From positions 993,043 through 1,057,042 of the forward strand of contig JALDTO010000266.1 of assembly GCA_023515725.1 (NCBI GenBank): a stretch of DNA of 64,000 nucleotides, given 5' to 3'. Origin of the DNA: Amoeboaphelidium protococcarum X5. Lineage: Eukaryota; Fungi; Aphelidiomycota. The first letter of the stretch is position 1, and every line of letters begins with the position of its first letter. Below are positions 11,394 through 24,446 of this stretch, piece by piece. Below the pieces are notes generated by a model. It did no database searches and was not told the origin of the DNA. It was given only the letters and a program-made list of their open reading frames with translations. The position numbers and the translations under genes were made by a program.

Positions 11394-12515
11394 TCAAAAG
11401 ATTGGAACATAATTGTTAATCTTCTCCCGCTGGCCTTGAGCAATACATTCAGCGATCCAGACAATATTTCTAATCTCTTGCTCTTTCAACTTAAAGTAGG
11501 CATAGAACACACCAAAGTTGAACTGACGCATAAACACATACTTGTTAGTATTCACCTCGTACCTGAAGAATTCATCTTCCATGTGCTGTACAAACGATTC
11601 TTCTCCGCCATAAGCACCACCGCTGCCCATTGATCCACTGACCATCATGAGCGATGATGCCGAGCTATCGAAAAACTATCGATACTGAGGATACTGTTCA
11701 CACGCAATCTTGACGGAATCTTCATCTTCGCACTTGCTCAATTTCAATTAACCATCAGGATACAATCTACCCATGGCCGGATACAGCTTCAGTCTCTCAT
11801 CCTTTGATAGTTCTGTATGCAGAGAGTTGAGGGTGATGGTAATAGTTCGGCGATCTGCTTCGAATTCCAGAATATCGTGCATAACCTCAGCAGTCTCTGC
11901 AGAGTCACATTCTTCACGGCAGAACCGATCGAAATCTTCCAAATAGGACTTGTACAGTGTGTTGCGTATGATTTCCACATTCATCTCATCCAAGTCGGAG
12001 GATGATGAAAACGACTGGAAATACTTGGCCAGAGGAGTGTCCACAATGCACAGATTGTACAAGTCATCCACGTTCTAGCATATACTTAGCGCAGGCAGCG
12101 ATTCAAACTATCCCAGTGGGTGACACCTCTCAATCAACTCCTTGGTGTCTCTATTATGAATGGCACCGGTGATCAACAGTACAATGTTATCAATCATGTA
12201 CGCATAAGTGATGTAATCCAGAAATTTACTCAGCGGTTCATCACTGTTGGCGCGGATGTGTTTAAACTCTTGCACCATCTTGTCCAGACAGGCAGCAGAT
12301 AGATCGCTTGATCTCAGCTTGGATCCCGTAATAGTCTGTAGCACATCAGCATACTCTGTGGCACTCAACTACAGCTTCATATCTTCCAATGTCTCACACT
12401 GCACCAAGTTGCCATACTGAGTCGAGGTGAAAATCGATTACTTGAATCCTCTCACTAAAGCCTCTAAATACCCATGGTTGGCATTAAAATACATCAATCC
12501 CCCAAGCGAAAGCAT
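11394..12515 (-). CDS. VMA6: V-ATPase V0 subunit d
   Basis: [71 protein letters not shown]; 373 aa. Confidence 0.95.
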
Positions 12516-12640
12516 ATTTATTTAATTAAAAATGGTTTGCTGATACCCAGAGTACGAAGACTATAGAAGAATCAACACAGTCAATTAATTCCCTTTGATG
12601 GAAAGAAGGAAGAGAAACGCGCGGCTATTGAAGACAGCAA

Positions 12641-12672
12641 GTGAGTGAGTGAGTGAGTGAGTGTGAGTGAGT
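12641..12672 (+). repeat. (GTGA)n microsatellite
   Basis: gtgagtgagtgagtgagtgagtgtgagtgagt. Confidence 0.8.
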
Positions 12673-12785
12673 GAAAAAGCACGACAATGAACAAAGATAA
12701 GCATAGTGTAAATGGGATGGAATCAAGACAAAATATCATACATATACATTCAACAATAGTTATATTATACAAAGTAAAAGAAAAT

Positions 12786-13346
12786 TCAATTGGCAATTTT
12801 GAGCATCTTTTAGAGAGTGGACACTTGGAGTTCAAGAGAGTGAATGGTGGAATCTTTATCAATCTCATCATCTGAGCTGAAAGCCACCGTCCTCATAAGA
12901 CTATACATTTCATCCACCTTGGATTTGAGTATCACATTCTCCCGCCTCAGTTTGTCATTCTCTTACATAACTACCTTCAGAATATTATTATTATCATTAT
13001 TACTATCCTACTCATCTCTACGGTTATCGCTAATTTAATCTCCAACAGTATCGCTAATCAGTTTATTGTACTACTACTGCATCTGGCGATACTTGTTCAT
13101 AATCAGGGTAGTCCCGTTGATCAGCTCTGTAATCTATGACTCGGCTTCAATCAGCTAAGCTTCCAAGTACTTTATTTTAGCTTCTCCATCCTGAGGAGAC
13201 ATTGAGCTGAATTGCAACTGGTCTCCTCTCATGCAAGTGTGCACCTTGTCACTAGACTACACAATGGACTTGATATCTTCCTAATTAGACATCAGCAATT
13301 CCGCCAGCTAGGCAGACATTTTCTATATCTACAGCAGTTTATCCAT
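12786..13346 (-). CDS. SIKE/FGFR1OP2-family coiled-coil protein (STRIPAK-associated)
   Basis: LIMNKYRQ and KVDEMYSLMRTVAFSSDDE...LELQVSTLQKMLKI resemble SIKE/FGFR1OP2; 186 aa. Confidence 0.6.
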
Positions 13347-13551
13347 CTTAATTTCTTAAAAATATTAATAAATGCTATTTGGCGATGTTGATTTATAGTG
13401 ACGGTGGACCTCCTACAGCTAAAACAGAAAGAGAAAGACTCAAAAAAGCGAAAACAGGCAAGCGCTCCTCTCGATCGCTTTCTCGATTGATCATTCTATC
13501 ACCAGCATCACCAGATATAAAGACCGTGATTTTAATTACAATACAATTAAA

Positions 13552-13974
13552 ATGAAACTACTTACACATAATCTTCTCGCTTGTCCATCTGCTGCATGTC
13601 GCGCTTTGAAATCTGATGCGCCCAATTTCCCGCTGATATTGAAAGAGGTTGTTCTGGCAGAGCAATAGTCGGAGGCAATGATTGATGGCGATAATGATGA
13701 CAAGCAACAGTTGGAAGATTAGATCTAATTTGTTAGGGGATTTGTCGAGAGTGGCAAATGTGATTATCCGGCTCTGTATCATACAGCGTTATCAGTTGGC
13801 ATATAGCTGCCAGAGTAGATTGACGCGCTCGCTATCGGTCAGGATTAGAAAGTACTTGAAGATATCACACGCGCCCTCCTTACTGAAGTCGTTGAAGGAT
13901 AATTACAATGTCAGCGGTGTGAGACTGAGTACCAGATTAAAAAGGGTATTCCTAACATGCTCACAAGTAAGTGA
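13552..13974 (+). CDS. TRM112: Methyltransferase activator Trm112
   Basis: MKLLTHNLLAC...FPL...EVVEGQLQCQRCETEYQIKKGIPNML. Confidence 0.9.
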
Positions 13975-14031
13975 ATATTTGCAGTTGAGAAAATAGATAT
14001 CTGAAATGAATAATAAATGTATTTCATTAGT

Positions 14032-14964
14032 TCAATTCTTGGTACCAACGGCTGCGTTAATGCCAGCCATAATTAGCAGATTATCCAATCGAGATGGCTC
14101 AGATGGAACGCGGACACCAAATTCATTATCTTCATAACTTCTAGTGGTCTGTTCTTACTACGCCACGTCACCACCTTATTACTACTACTGCTAGTACTAC
14201 TGTCGATTACGCAAGTGTTAGATATGCTGCCTCTATCTACTGATGTTGGACACAAATTTGGAAAACTTGTATGAGTCCTAGTGCAACTAGTCCTACATCG
14301 AGATCATATTCTCCAGCTACTTCACCAGTAAATCTTCTTAGCTCTACTGCTACTAATGGGAGGCATTACCGCCATCCAGACGCGTGAAAACATCAGTGAA
14401 CGAAGTCGCTGGTAATCCGGCAATCGCTTACACTGAAAACTGATCAGAGAGCAGTGAGAGAGGCAACTGACTCCAAATGGAGCCATAATTCAAGTGCTTC
14501 TTTTCCAAATCATTAATAGTGAATTGCTTGGCGGCGAACTGCTTTTTAAATGCAGTATTTAGCTAATACGCCCCAAACTATCCCTGCTGTTGGGAGGTGA
14601 GAAGAATCGCTTGAGGATGATCCTTTGCAAACTCATTGATTCTCTCAATCACCTTGTAGTTACCCAACACCTGGTGATCCTAGCCCGCATAGTGTCCGGA
14701 GAAATACAAACCAACCACAAAGTAGTCGACATTAATCGCTTTGTATAGCTGCAGAGCCTGACTGAGATACTTGGCATTCTCATCCTTGGCATTAGATGCA
14801 AATCCGTGGTTGAATGGTAAGGCGAACGTCACCTCTACCAGCTTCTTTGCCGTGTCAATGTAGCCCAGGAGATAGCTATTCTAAGTGTTCTTCAGCTGAG
14901 CCAGAGCGGCAGGACTAACCTGCACAGACTCTATTTTCTACTCCAAATCAGTCGCGTTTGTCAT
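14032..14964 (-). CDS. EIF3H: Translation initiation factor eIF3 subunit H (MPN domain), divergent
   Basis: VEVTFALPF, INVDYFVVGLY and C-terminal PSEPSRLDNLLI; 310 aa. Confidence 0.7.
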
Positions 14965-15240
14965 TTTAATTCTAATTTAACCTTTAGTTGATTAACGATC
15001 GCTTAGAACGAGAATGAGAATGAGCTCGAAGAAAAGTTCGACGTTTGGTTGGTCAAGCGGTCTGTTACGACTAATACTACTCATTGGTATACAATTTTTT
15101 ACTATCTTTTAAGCTCTCTTACCTCGGTGGCATAATGTTTATGTCTTGTTGTAATATACATCTTATTTAGTGGCTGGCGACAGTTTAATTATTAAATAAA
15201 AACGCGTTTAAGGACTCTGTTTGATCGAACCAAGGTGGTC

Positions 15241-16881
15241 ATGGAAACACGTTGTTACTCTGGACTACGGTACACAGAGAACGTTGAAAGTTCTAATCCA
15301 CTCCTATAGCAAGCATTCTAGTACATTAATTGCATCCGAACATTAAAGGTATATTCAGCGTTATTTTTGAAATTGACTATAATCACATCCAGTATGAATG
15401 GTATCGACTCTCACGCTCAGGACATTGATCATGTTCTGCTGATCAATGGTGGTTACAATGCTGGAGATGGTAAGGAGAACATCATATTCTCTGGCTATGG
15501 ATCCGCTGATGTTATCTAGACTGGTGGAGATGCTGCCATTGCTGGATCTTCGTAGGCAGTTTAAAGTCGTCCATCTACTGCTCAGAACAAGACTTCGAAT
15601 CGCTATACTTTATTCAATCCACAATCGGTATAGTCAGCTCGCCCCAAGTCACCTGGTACACCGCAATAGCTCACTAGAAAGTATTCCAAATCCGTGTCTC
15701 ATGTCACTACGTCTGCCGAGGCTGCAGCTGCGCGATTTACAACTAGTGGTGGTAGTAGTATTCACAGTATGGTCATGTCTGATCCAGAGTAACGTCCTGT
15801 CAATACGCTCCTAATGCCTAGACAAAACTCTGATATAGATACTCTGCTGCATAGATCTTAAAAGAAGGAGTAAACATCGCACTCTGGAGATACTGTACAG
15901 AACAAGAGCGACGATGAGAATCTGTTCAATTATGCCAAATCATCATCGAATAGTAATTTGACCAGGTAGAAGAATGTTAGCAGCTTCTCCAGTCTGAGAA
16001 GATTGTCCAGATCTAATGGAAGTCAGCAATAGTAGTAACAGCAGACGCATTAGTCGACCAGATTGAGATAGTCTTTCCATGCCACGGACGCATCTGTACC
16101 TCATGGTGGCTTGATGTTGCATGGATCTCGTGGTACCTTGACTACCATCGACACTAATGATAGCGGATAGAATGCAGATCTGATTACGGATATGTCAATT
16201 GCCTCTGAGGTTACCAACGATTCAGTCACCAATGATATTGATCATCTGATTAAAATAGCGAAGCACAGCTTATTTTCATCAACTGAAGGTGGGGCTGCTG
16301 GTAGAAATGGTAGAGTCTCCCAATCACAAATGGAGTTATCTTCAGATGCTGGTAGTGATCGACCGCTGATGGTCAACACTATGTCCTCGCGTCATCATAG
16401 AAATGTGGATGGTGGTGTTGGCGGCGTAACAATTCCCATGGCGTCACCTGATATCCGTCCATTAACCGCAGCAGTTACGGTTAACAGTCATTACAATACG
16501 GACATTGAATCTATATTGCAGGTCGGAGAAGGTAAAATGTCCGTAAGTTCTATTTAAAGGGTGAATATGTTGAAAGCTGCGGATGTATTTGTTGCTCAAA
16601 ACAGCCCATCATCATCATCACTACAACATAATTAGCAAGGATAACACCAACAACACGACTCTACCAAGTTTGGCAGCAAAAAGTTTGCAACTTTCAAATC
16701 CAGGCAGAAGAGATCAATGACCGTGGATAGTTTGTACAAGAATGATGAATTATCGCGTCAGGAGAAGGATCGTTTGCTGGGTATAATCTACGTGTCCAAG
16801 ACCGATCGTGATGGTAATAATAAAGGTGCTGTCGCCGCTCCTCATCAACAAGTTCGTGATAAATCCGGTTTAAGAATATGA
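15241..16881 (+). CDS. Hypothetical Ser/Gln-rich low-complexity protein
   Basis: TGA-free frame of ~546 codons containing ORF 16192-16557. The start is uncertain (alternative ATG at 15394). Confidence 0.6.
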
Positions 16882-17072
16882 GAATAAATTTTTGGTGTGT
16901 TTTTGATAGGTCCTAATTATTATAACTAGATGTTATTAGCCCTTATTCTTACACCCGCGCGCATCCATCTGTATCTTGTCTTTCAATTATTGCAAGTCAC
17001 TTCATTACATTTAACACCTCAATTCTCCATTAAACTCTGATTCAAGTTAGTAGAATAAGTTCACAAAAATAT

Positions 17073-18653
17073 ATGTTCATTTACTTACGGTAGAATAGTT
17101 AAAAGTTTGTCAATACTGGAATCGCTGTGGGATTGAGCGTTGCGTTGGGCGGATGCACCTACAAGACTCTGCACTAGAAGTAGCTGCATGACTCCAATTA
17201 TATATCGAGAGAGCAAGTGTAACAGCACAATTCGCTGGACAAGGGTGGCATATGGGTCACTTATGGTAGTTCTGTGTATGATATTACAAAATTTGTCTAA
17301 TCTCATCCGGGCGGTAATAGAATCATGCTTGCAGCTGGTGGTCCAGTTGAGCCTTACTGGAAAGTGTACACTATTCACGATAAGCCTGAGGTGAGATAGA
17401 TTTTGGAAGAGTACAAGATTGGAGAGTTGGATCCGCGCGATGTAGCCGATTAGAGCAAGTAGAAGAAGCAGTAAGAACTTGATGTATAAGATCCATTCTC
17501 TGGAGATCCGGAGAGAAGTGTATTACTGAAAGTTTAGAGCTGGAAGCCGTTTAATGCAGAGACACCTTTGACGCTTATAGGTGAAGAATTCATTACACCT
17601 TGCGAACTATTTTATAAGCGTAATCACCTACCTGTACCTCATATTACAGATCTTGACGATTATAAATTGACAGTTGAAAGCGACGATGGTAGTATGCCGC
17701 CTTAGGTAATTAAGTTGGATGATATTAAGGCTAAAGTTGCCAGCTGTCAGGATCATGTAACTCTTTAATGTGCTGGCAACAGAAGAAGGGATATGCAGGT
17801 GAGTGGTGCTCTGTAAGGTCTTTTGTGGGAAGGTGGTGCGATCGGTAATGCCGAATGGACCGGTGTACGCTTGACTGATCTACTCCATCACCTCTATCCT
17901 CAACTATCACTGTCAGATTTATGCAGGAAGTACAAACACGTCTAATTTGAAGGCCTTGATGGATATGGAGCATCAGTGCCGGTTTAAAAAGCACTTAATG
18001 AAGGCGGAGATGTGTATGTTGTATGGTAGATGAATGGACAGGATTTGCTACCTGATCATGGTTATCCATTGAGAGTTCTCATTCCAGGTCATGTTGCAGC
18101 AAGATCTGTTAAATGGTTGAGTAAAATTGTACTATCGTAAGAGGAGAGTAAGAGTCATTGGTAGCGGAATGATTATAAAAGTTTTAATCCAAGTTCTGAC
18201 TGGAATAACTTGAAGTGGGCAGATGCTAAATCTATCCAAGAGATGCCCGTTCAATCCGCTATAGCTTCACATTAGAATAATTAGATTATCCAGCTGTCGA
18301 GAGGATTGGTGGAAGATGCTAATAATGACGAATCTATTACCGTGAAAGGCTACGCTTGGAGTGGTGGTGGAAGAGGGATCATCCGCGTTGACATTAGTCC
18401 TGATGGTGGCAAGTCGTGGCAGGAGGCAAGTCTTCAGGATCGCCCATAGTAGGAAGATGGCAAAGTATGGGCGTGGACGTTGTGGGAAGCTCAGATAGAT
18501 CTCAAATCGCTCAATCAACCAAGTGAATTGCAACTCGTCTGTAAAGCTGTGGATTCCTCTTACAACTCACAGCCAGAGACTTCGAACGGCATCTATAATA
18601 AGCGCGGTGTATTGAACAATTCTTGGAATCGCATCAATATTAAAATATAATGA
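17073..18653 (+). CDS. SUOX: Sulfite oxidase (cytochrome b5 + molybdopterin + dimerisation domains)
   Basis: HPGG heme motif, [26 protein letters not shown] (Q=TAA 17766-17768), [27 protein letters not shown]. Confidence 0.95.
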
Positions 18654-18772
18654 GTTTAATCTCTCTGAGATACTATCAGCATAAATATGTTTTATTTAAG
18701 TTTGTTATTATAGATACATTAAATGTTGATCGTTTGCCTTTATCCCTTACAACTTATGAAAAAACGATAAAA

Positions 18773-19252
18773 ATGGAGATGTAAACAGATTTATAAGAGA
18801 AGATTTTACACACCAGGCGAGTGGTTGCTAAATGGTTTGACCAATGTGAAGACTAGTAGTAGTAGGCATATAATAAGAGTGATGATAGTGCCGGGCAATA
18901 AATATCTGCTTAGAGGTAGAGTATTAAAATGTCGCGATCAGAGCGATGCGGATTGGGATATCAGCAGTCGCATTAATAGAAGGGAGTTATGCGATCTGGT
19001 GACGCGTCAAAGTCACAATAGTCGCACAGATTTAGCAAGGATGATAAAGCTGCTTTGAGACTAGAGAAAAGGTTGAAATATTAGCAGAATAGTACGTAAT
19101 CCGCTGGTTTGTAAATTGAATACTCTGGCAGCGAACAGTAAAAGTCAGCGGATCAAGATAAGATTAGCGGGAAGAGTAATAACGTCAATCTTAACAAGAA
19201 GCGACGTCCGCTTGATGTGCTGTCGACTTATCTAAAAAAGAGGAAATAGTGA
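18773..19252 (+). CDS. Small basic hypothetical protein (probably one intron, ~19096-19130)
   Basis: MEMQTDLQEK...RCGLGY... and C-terminal KKRRPLDVLSTYLKKRKQ*. The splice junction is inferred. Confidence 0.45.
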
Positions 19253-19402
19253 ATGGTTATTGTGTATAATTATGATTTTTTTATCGATATTTTAATTAAA
19301 AGACTGAATCTAACGCAACATCAGTTTTAACTATTAAAAATCACGCGATAAGTCCGGATTCAACAAACTCTTCATATGACGCGTTACCAAATTATCCATT
19401 AT

Positions 19403-21589
19403 TCAGTTCTTGGTGTGGAGATTGTGAAGTGAGTTTGGCAGAGATCTTTAGTTTATAGTGACAGGAGATTCCGGATACATGTCAACGTCCAGAGATGTGT
19501 CATACTCGGGGCCGAACCAAGATGATGACATATTCTCAGATGTCAGACTGAGCGGAGAGTTTGGTGCAGTCTTACTTGACTATGATGCACGTAATTCCTA
19601 TTCATATTCGCCATCAGCATCTAATTACTGTTACGCAGAGCTCATTTACAAATTCATAGGAAGATTGAGGAATCGCTTCTTTTTTCTATTAGATGAATTC
19701 AAGTCCAATCTCTCACTCCGACCATCATCAGACTTGCTACTGCTAATATTTTATCCACCTACATCATCTATTGATGCTCCAAAAGGCTATATCGAGAGTT
19801 ATTAGAGCGGATTATGGTGCCCATAGTTTATAGTGTGATTCTTAGGCAACTGCAAATGTTGTTCCATTTATCGCATGAGAGATTCGTGCAATTACTTTGA
19901 CTTGGAGTTGGACGGCATAGTAGAGGTTCTAGCGATGCTATCGATAGATTACAAGTGCGGATTAGAATTTCTTGTGATATCTTTATGAGGTAACACCCCG
20001 CCTTTCCAATCCTATTCCAACTTTTAACACCGCAATCTGTAGATACATTCGTCAATGTACAACTCAAGTTGGCAGTGGTTACGTATAATGTTCTCCTTCT
20101 GCCAGGTGGCGCGCTGTCCTCTCTTCATTGCATCCCAAAGCTACTATTTAGTTGGATTACTAATAAGAGTCACATAGTCGCTAACACTGACTGTAGGTAC
20201 AATGGTGATATCTCCATAGTACTTTTGTGATAAAATGTTGTTAATGTGGTGCAGAGGAGTAGCCAATATATCCATCTCGATCAGCTGTTTGAGGCGATGT
20301 TACAACTCAGACATTATCAGATTAAAGCCACGACTGAACAGTGATGTGATGCTGTTGTCTTATCTAACCACTTCAGACATTGAATTCGACAGGAAAGGTA
20401 CAACGTGAGGATTCACCTAACTAACAATGAAATGGTTCACATTAAACAGTTCGCTGAGCCGTGTCATTGGCAGATCATTTTCCACACTACCATCAATCCA
20501 CAGATGATCAGACGCGACAATCGTCCCATTACGATCTCGAGCCAAAATTGGGGCAGATTTATACACAAAAGGTATCGCGCAGGAAGCAGCGACAGCAGAC
20601 CAGACAAGGACATTAGGAGCGGTCAAATAGTTAAGCAGACGTGGCATCTCATACTTGGTCGATGAGCTGACGGTGATATTCAGTATGCGTCTAGTCTTGT
20701 TGTACGCCTCTTGAAAAGTCATCTCGCCAATGTTGTTGATGATACACTTCTTTAGCACTTCAACATCAAATAAGACACCGTGCTTCAATAATCGATTTAG
20801 TTTTATAAAGACACTACCACCATGACCATCAACATTATCAAAATTAGGCTCAACATCATTGTCAATGAAATCATCTTCGAGCGCGTTCAAATCAAATAGC
20901 TCACGGTCCATGAATTCTATTAGCTCTCCATCCTCCTTTGTACCAACAATGGCAGCCATAAGACTGCCCACAGATGAGCCAGATACAATTCTGGGCATGA
21001 GCCGTAATTCTATCAATGCGCGAATAATTCCAACATGAATCAGTCCCATCATCGCACCTCCAGACAACAGTAGAGCTGTACGACCTTATAACTGTCTGAT
21101 GCTTTGGAAGAACTGCAACTTGGCGCTAACATCAAACTATTACAGATTATTTGCCTTAGGTGACTACCCATCGCTTTCATTTGCGTAAATATTGCCAGAA
21201 TGCAAAGCGCTATCAGTGTATTCCATGATACAGTTAAGTTGAAGTGTAACTTCCTCGATATAATCTTCAATCAACTTCTTTGTGCCCACTTTAGTCTAAT
21301 TGTACAGCGATGGCGTGCCCATATCAGCCAAATTTCTGAGAAGTGAAGATCTTACCAGATATAGCATCTCCTCTAAATTCCCTTCTTGCCTAGCTCTTCG
21401 CATGGCATCCAAGCGATTTGATATCAGTTGGTAATCGTAATTTGGGTCTACCGGATTCAACTTCCACTCAGCCTTGCCGTTTATTGAATCATGCGTTACA
21501 GCAATCTGGCGCCATTCATCGTAACTGTCGGCCTAATTTAATTGAACCTCTAGCTACTATAGCGATTTTTAATTCTCCTTAAATGTCAT
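19403..21589 (-). CDS. Patatin-domain triacylglycerol lipase (Tgl3/Tgl4/SDP1 family)
   Basis: SYDEW, GTKKLIEDYI, GRTALLLSGGA, GSSVG nucleophile, WIDGS, FNVNHFIVSQVNPH; 728 aa. Confidence 0.92.
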
Positions 21590-21974
21590 GATATTGAACT
21601 CTTGTAATAACTTGGATGAAGACGCGTGACTGTCTGATGATCAAATGTGTAAGAAGGTATCAGAGGTAAAAATAGCCTTTGTTACACATTGACTCAGCGA
21701 AACGCCAACTAATCAGGAAGCTTGCGATATCGGTAACAGTCATGTGGTCCACTTTTAAAACTATTGCTAAAAATGTTTATTGTTTGAAAAAATTAAATAT
21801 CATACCGAGTAAGTAAAATCTTTTTAGAATTTAGAATGTCGAAACAACACAGTGCATCTAATATGTGACTTACAAAATAGGCTTGCACTCTCTAGAAGTC
21901 TGAAGCCATTAGAAGTAACGCCTAATTACTCATTAATATATTTTTGGCGGCATCAAAAAGGACATGAATTAGGA

Positions 21975-22823
21975 TCATTTCTCCTCTGGGATGTATTGAA
22001 TGGCATGCCATTGTAATATGGAGCCCAGTAAGAACGAGTAAGAACCCCAGTATGTTGAGAAATATACACCCCATTTTAACACTTGAGGATTGGACGAGAA
22101 ATACCCTGTAAATCCAGAGAGCCAAAATCCCACTGACCCAATGACATTCCAAAAACCAACGTGCCACATCAAGCTGAACGGCTTTGGTACAAACCATTTA
22201 GGCTACGCGTCAACCATCATTGCCCAACTACTCCATATAAGGAACGCGGCGCCCACCACCTGAGGAGTCCAGAAGAGCCAAAAGTAAAGAATCGGCGCCT
22301 ATTGACCATCGCTGGGTAGAAACAAGGCACTGAATACGCTTATGAAGAATATAGTTGTTGCAATGAATTAAATTAAACCAGCTTAGAATACCAAGTCATT
22401 GAATGGCTTCAACCCATACCATCGCCATTATATCTCTTTCGAACGCGACGACTTCTCAGCATCAGACAGAGATCGTTACCGCGACATTTAAATATGATCA
22501 ACATCGATAGTTTCTACAAGTTGTTCATCGGATGAATGCCTGTTTTGCTACCTGAAAAGCCGTTAACACGCCCACCCAAATTATCCCCTCGAGCCTTAGT
22601 TCAATCCTTCCCAATATATAAAGAGACCACCTATGAGAAAACAGAAGCCACCAGCAAACCCTGTCCATTTCAATACAGTAAGCGTTACAGACTCTTCGAC
22701 TGGCTGATGAAACGCAAATATGCCATTCACTGTCCACGCGCAACTCCCCAGTGTGAACCAGAATGCTGTCTAAAACGAGACATGATATAATCTAATTGGA
22801 AGCAAATTTGACAAAATGCCCAT
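21975..22823 (-). CDS. Multi-pass integral membrane protein (fungal-type, YrhK-like repeats)
   Basis: 282 aa with ~6 Trp/Gly-rich hydrophobic helices (FWTPQVVGA, GFWNVIGSVGF, STYWGSYSFLLGS). Confidence 0.7.
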
Positions 22824-23000
22824 AATCGCTGTAATACTAATTGTTACTATTGAATCTGGAGGGCTAAATTTCTAATCTTTGATTTAAAAGAAGTATTAAC
22901 GTCAAAATAGATTAAGGAGTCTTTCAAGATCGCAAATAGTGCAAACATGCGATGAGATGATTCTCGTCAAGAATTCTAAATACAAAATTAAAGCTGGAAA

Positions 23001-24256
23001 ATGAAGGTAAATTCATAAAATAAGAAAATTTGGTAATATGTATATTAAATGTAATGTAGATTGCGGTCATTGGCTGTCTGCATGGGAAGTTAGCGAATGC
23101 TATGGATGATGTGGCGCGATATGAGACTAGGAACCAGTGCAAAGTTGATCTTGTGCTCATATGTGGTGATGTTTAGACAATGAGAAATTAAGATGATTTG
23201 TAATCTATGGCCTGTCCTGATAAATTCAAGAAGATGGAATAGTTCCAATAATACTATAACGGAATTCGCCAGCTGTCGTGTCCAGTGCTATTCATTGGTG
23301 GCAATCATGAGTCCAGTTTGTATTTGTCAGAAATACCTTACGGTGGCTGGGTGTGCGAGAATATGTACTATTTAGGTAGAGCTAATATGGTTCAATGTTG
23401 TAATTTACGTTTTGGAGGATTATCTGGGATTTATAAGGAGTACAACTACGGCAAAGGATATACAGAGAGGTCTCCGTTTAATGAGCAATCAAAGCGGTCC
23501 ATATATCATCAACGGCGCATTGAAGTTCTTAGAATGAAGTTATACGATGATATATACCATATGTCATAAGCTTAAGAGGACAAAGTAAAGGATAATATGA
23601 TATTTCTATCTCACGATTGGCCCCAGGGAATTTACAAACACGCGTCAGATAAAGAACTGCAAAGCCTATACAAGTACAAGTCTTTTCTTAGGCCAGAGAT
23701 TGAATCTTGTGAATTAGGTAGCCCGGCTAGTTAAGAAATTCTTTGCAATCTGAAGCCTCAATATTGGTTTGCTGCTCATATGCACTGTCGTTTTGAGGTG
23801 TCGTATCCGCATGGTTAACTTCGCGCAGAGTCTGAAGAGCAAAGCTAATAAAGCTCGAAGCCAGTAACGTAATTTTTGGCACTTGATAAGTGTTTACCGC
23901 GTCGATAGTACATGGAAGTGATTGATGTTGAGAATATGTTACCGGAAATCGAGTTAAAGTATGACATCTGCTGGTTGGCTGTGTTGAAGGCGACTATATA
24001 ATACGAGTCTCTGGATTATAATTTGCTGCCGAGTGAGCAAGATTTGAGAGCTGATGTGTTTGCTGCTTACCAAGTACTGAAAGAATCCCACCTTGATTTG
24101 GCTGTGAAACCGTACGCGAGAGAACCGTCGAATTCTTAATCGTCTTACTCGACAAATCCTTAAACGCTGCAATTCTTGGAAATGATTAGTTATTCACCAG
24201 TGGCAGATTCTGCGTAAAGTAATCCTAACGAGATTGTCATTGATGATGATATATGA
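23001..24256 (+). CDS. DBR1: RNA lariat debranching enzyme (intron 23007-23059)
   Basis: MK|IAVIGCLHG, CGDVQ, FIGGNHE, GGLSGIY, SHDWP, WFAAHMH, FLALDKCLPRR. Confidence 0.93.
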
Positions 24257-24446
24257 ATCAGTTCGATGTGCTTCAGCGCTAACAATTTATAATCAATGCT
24301 CTTTTCCACTTGCAGAATCGCGTTTCAAAACTTTGTTTCGTTTCAAAATCATGAAGCTTTTAGTCGCTCTGTCTCTCTTGTTACAAGTGTCATAGCTTTC
24401 TACTCTCTTGTTGAAAATAAAATAAACATATTGACGGTATCAAATT

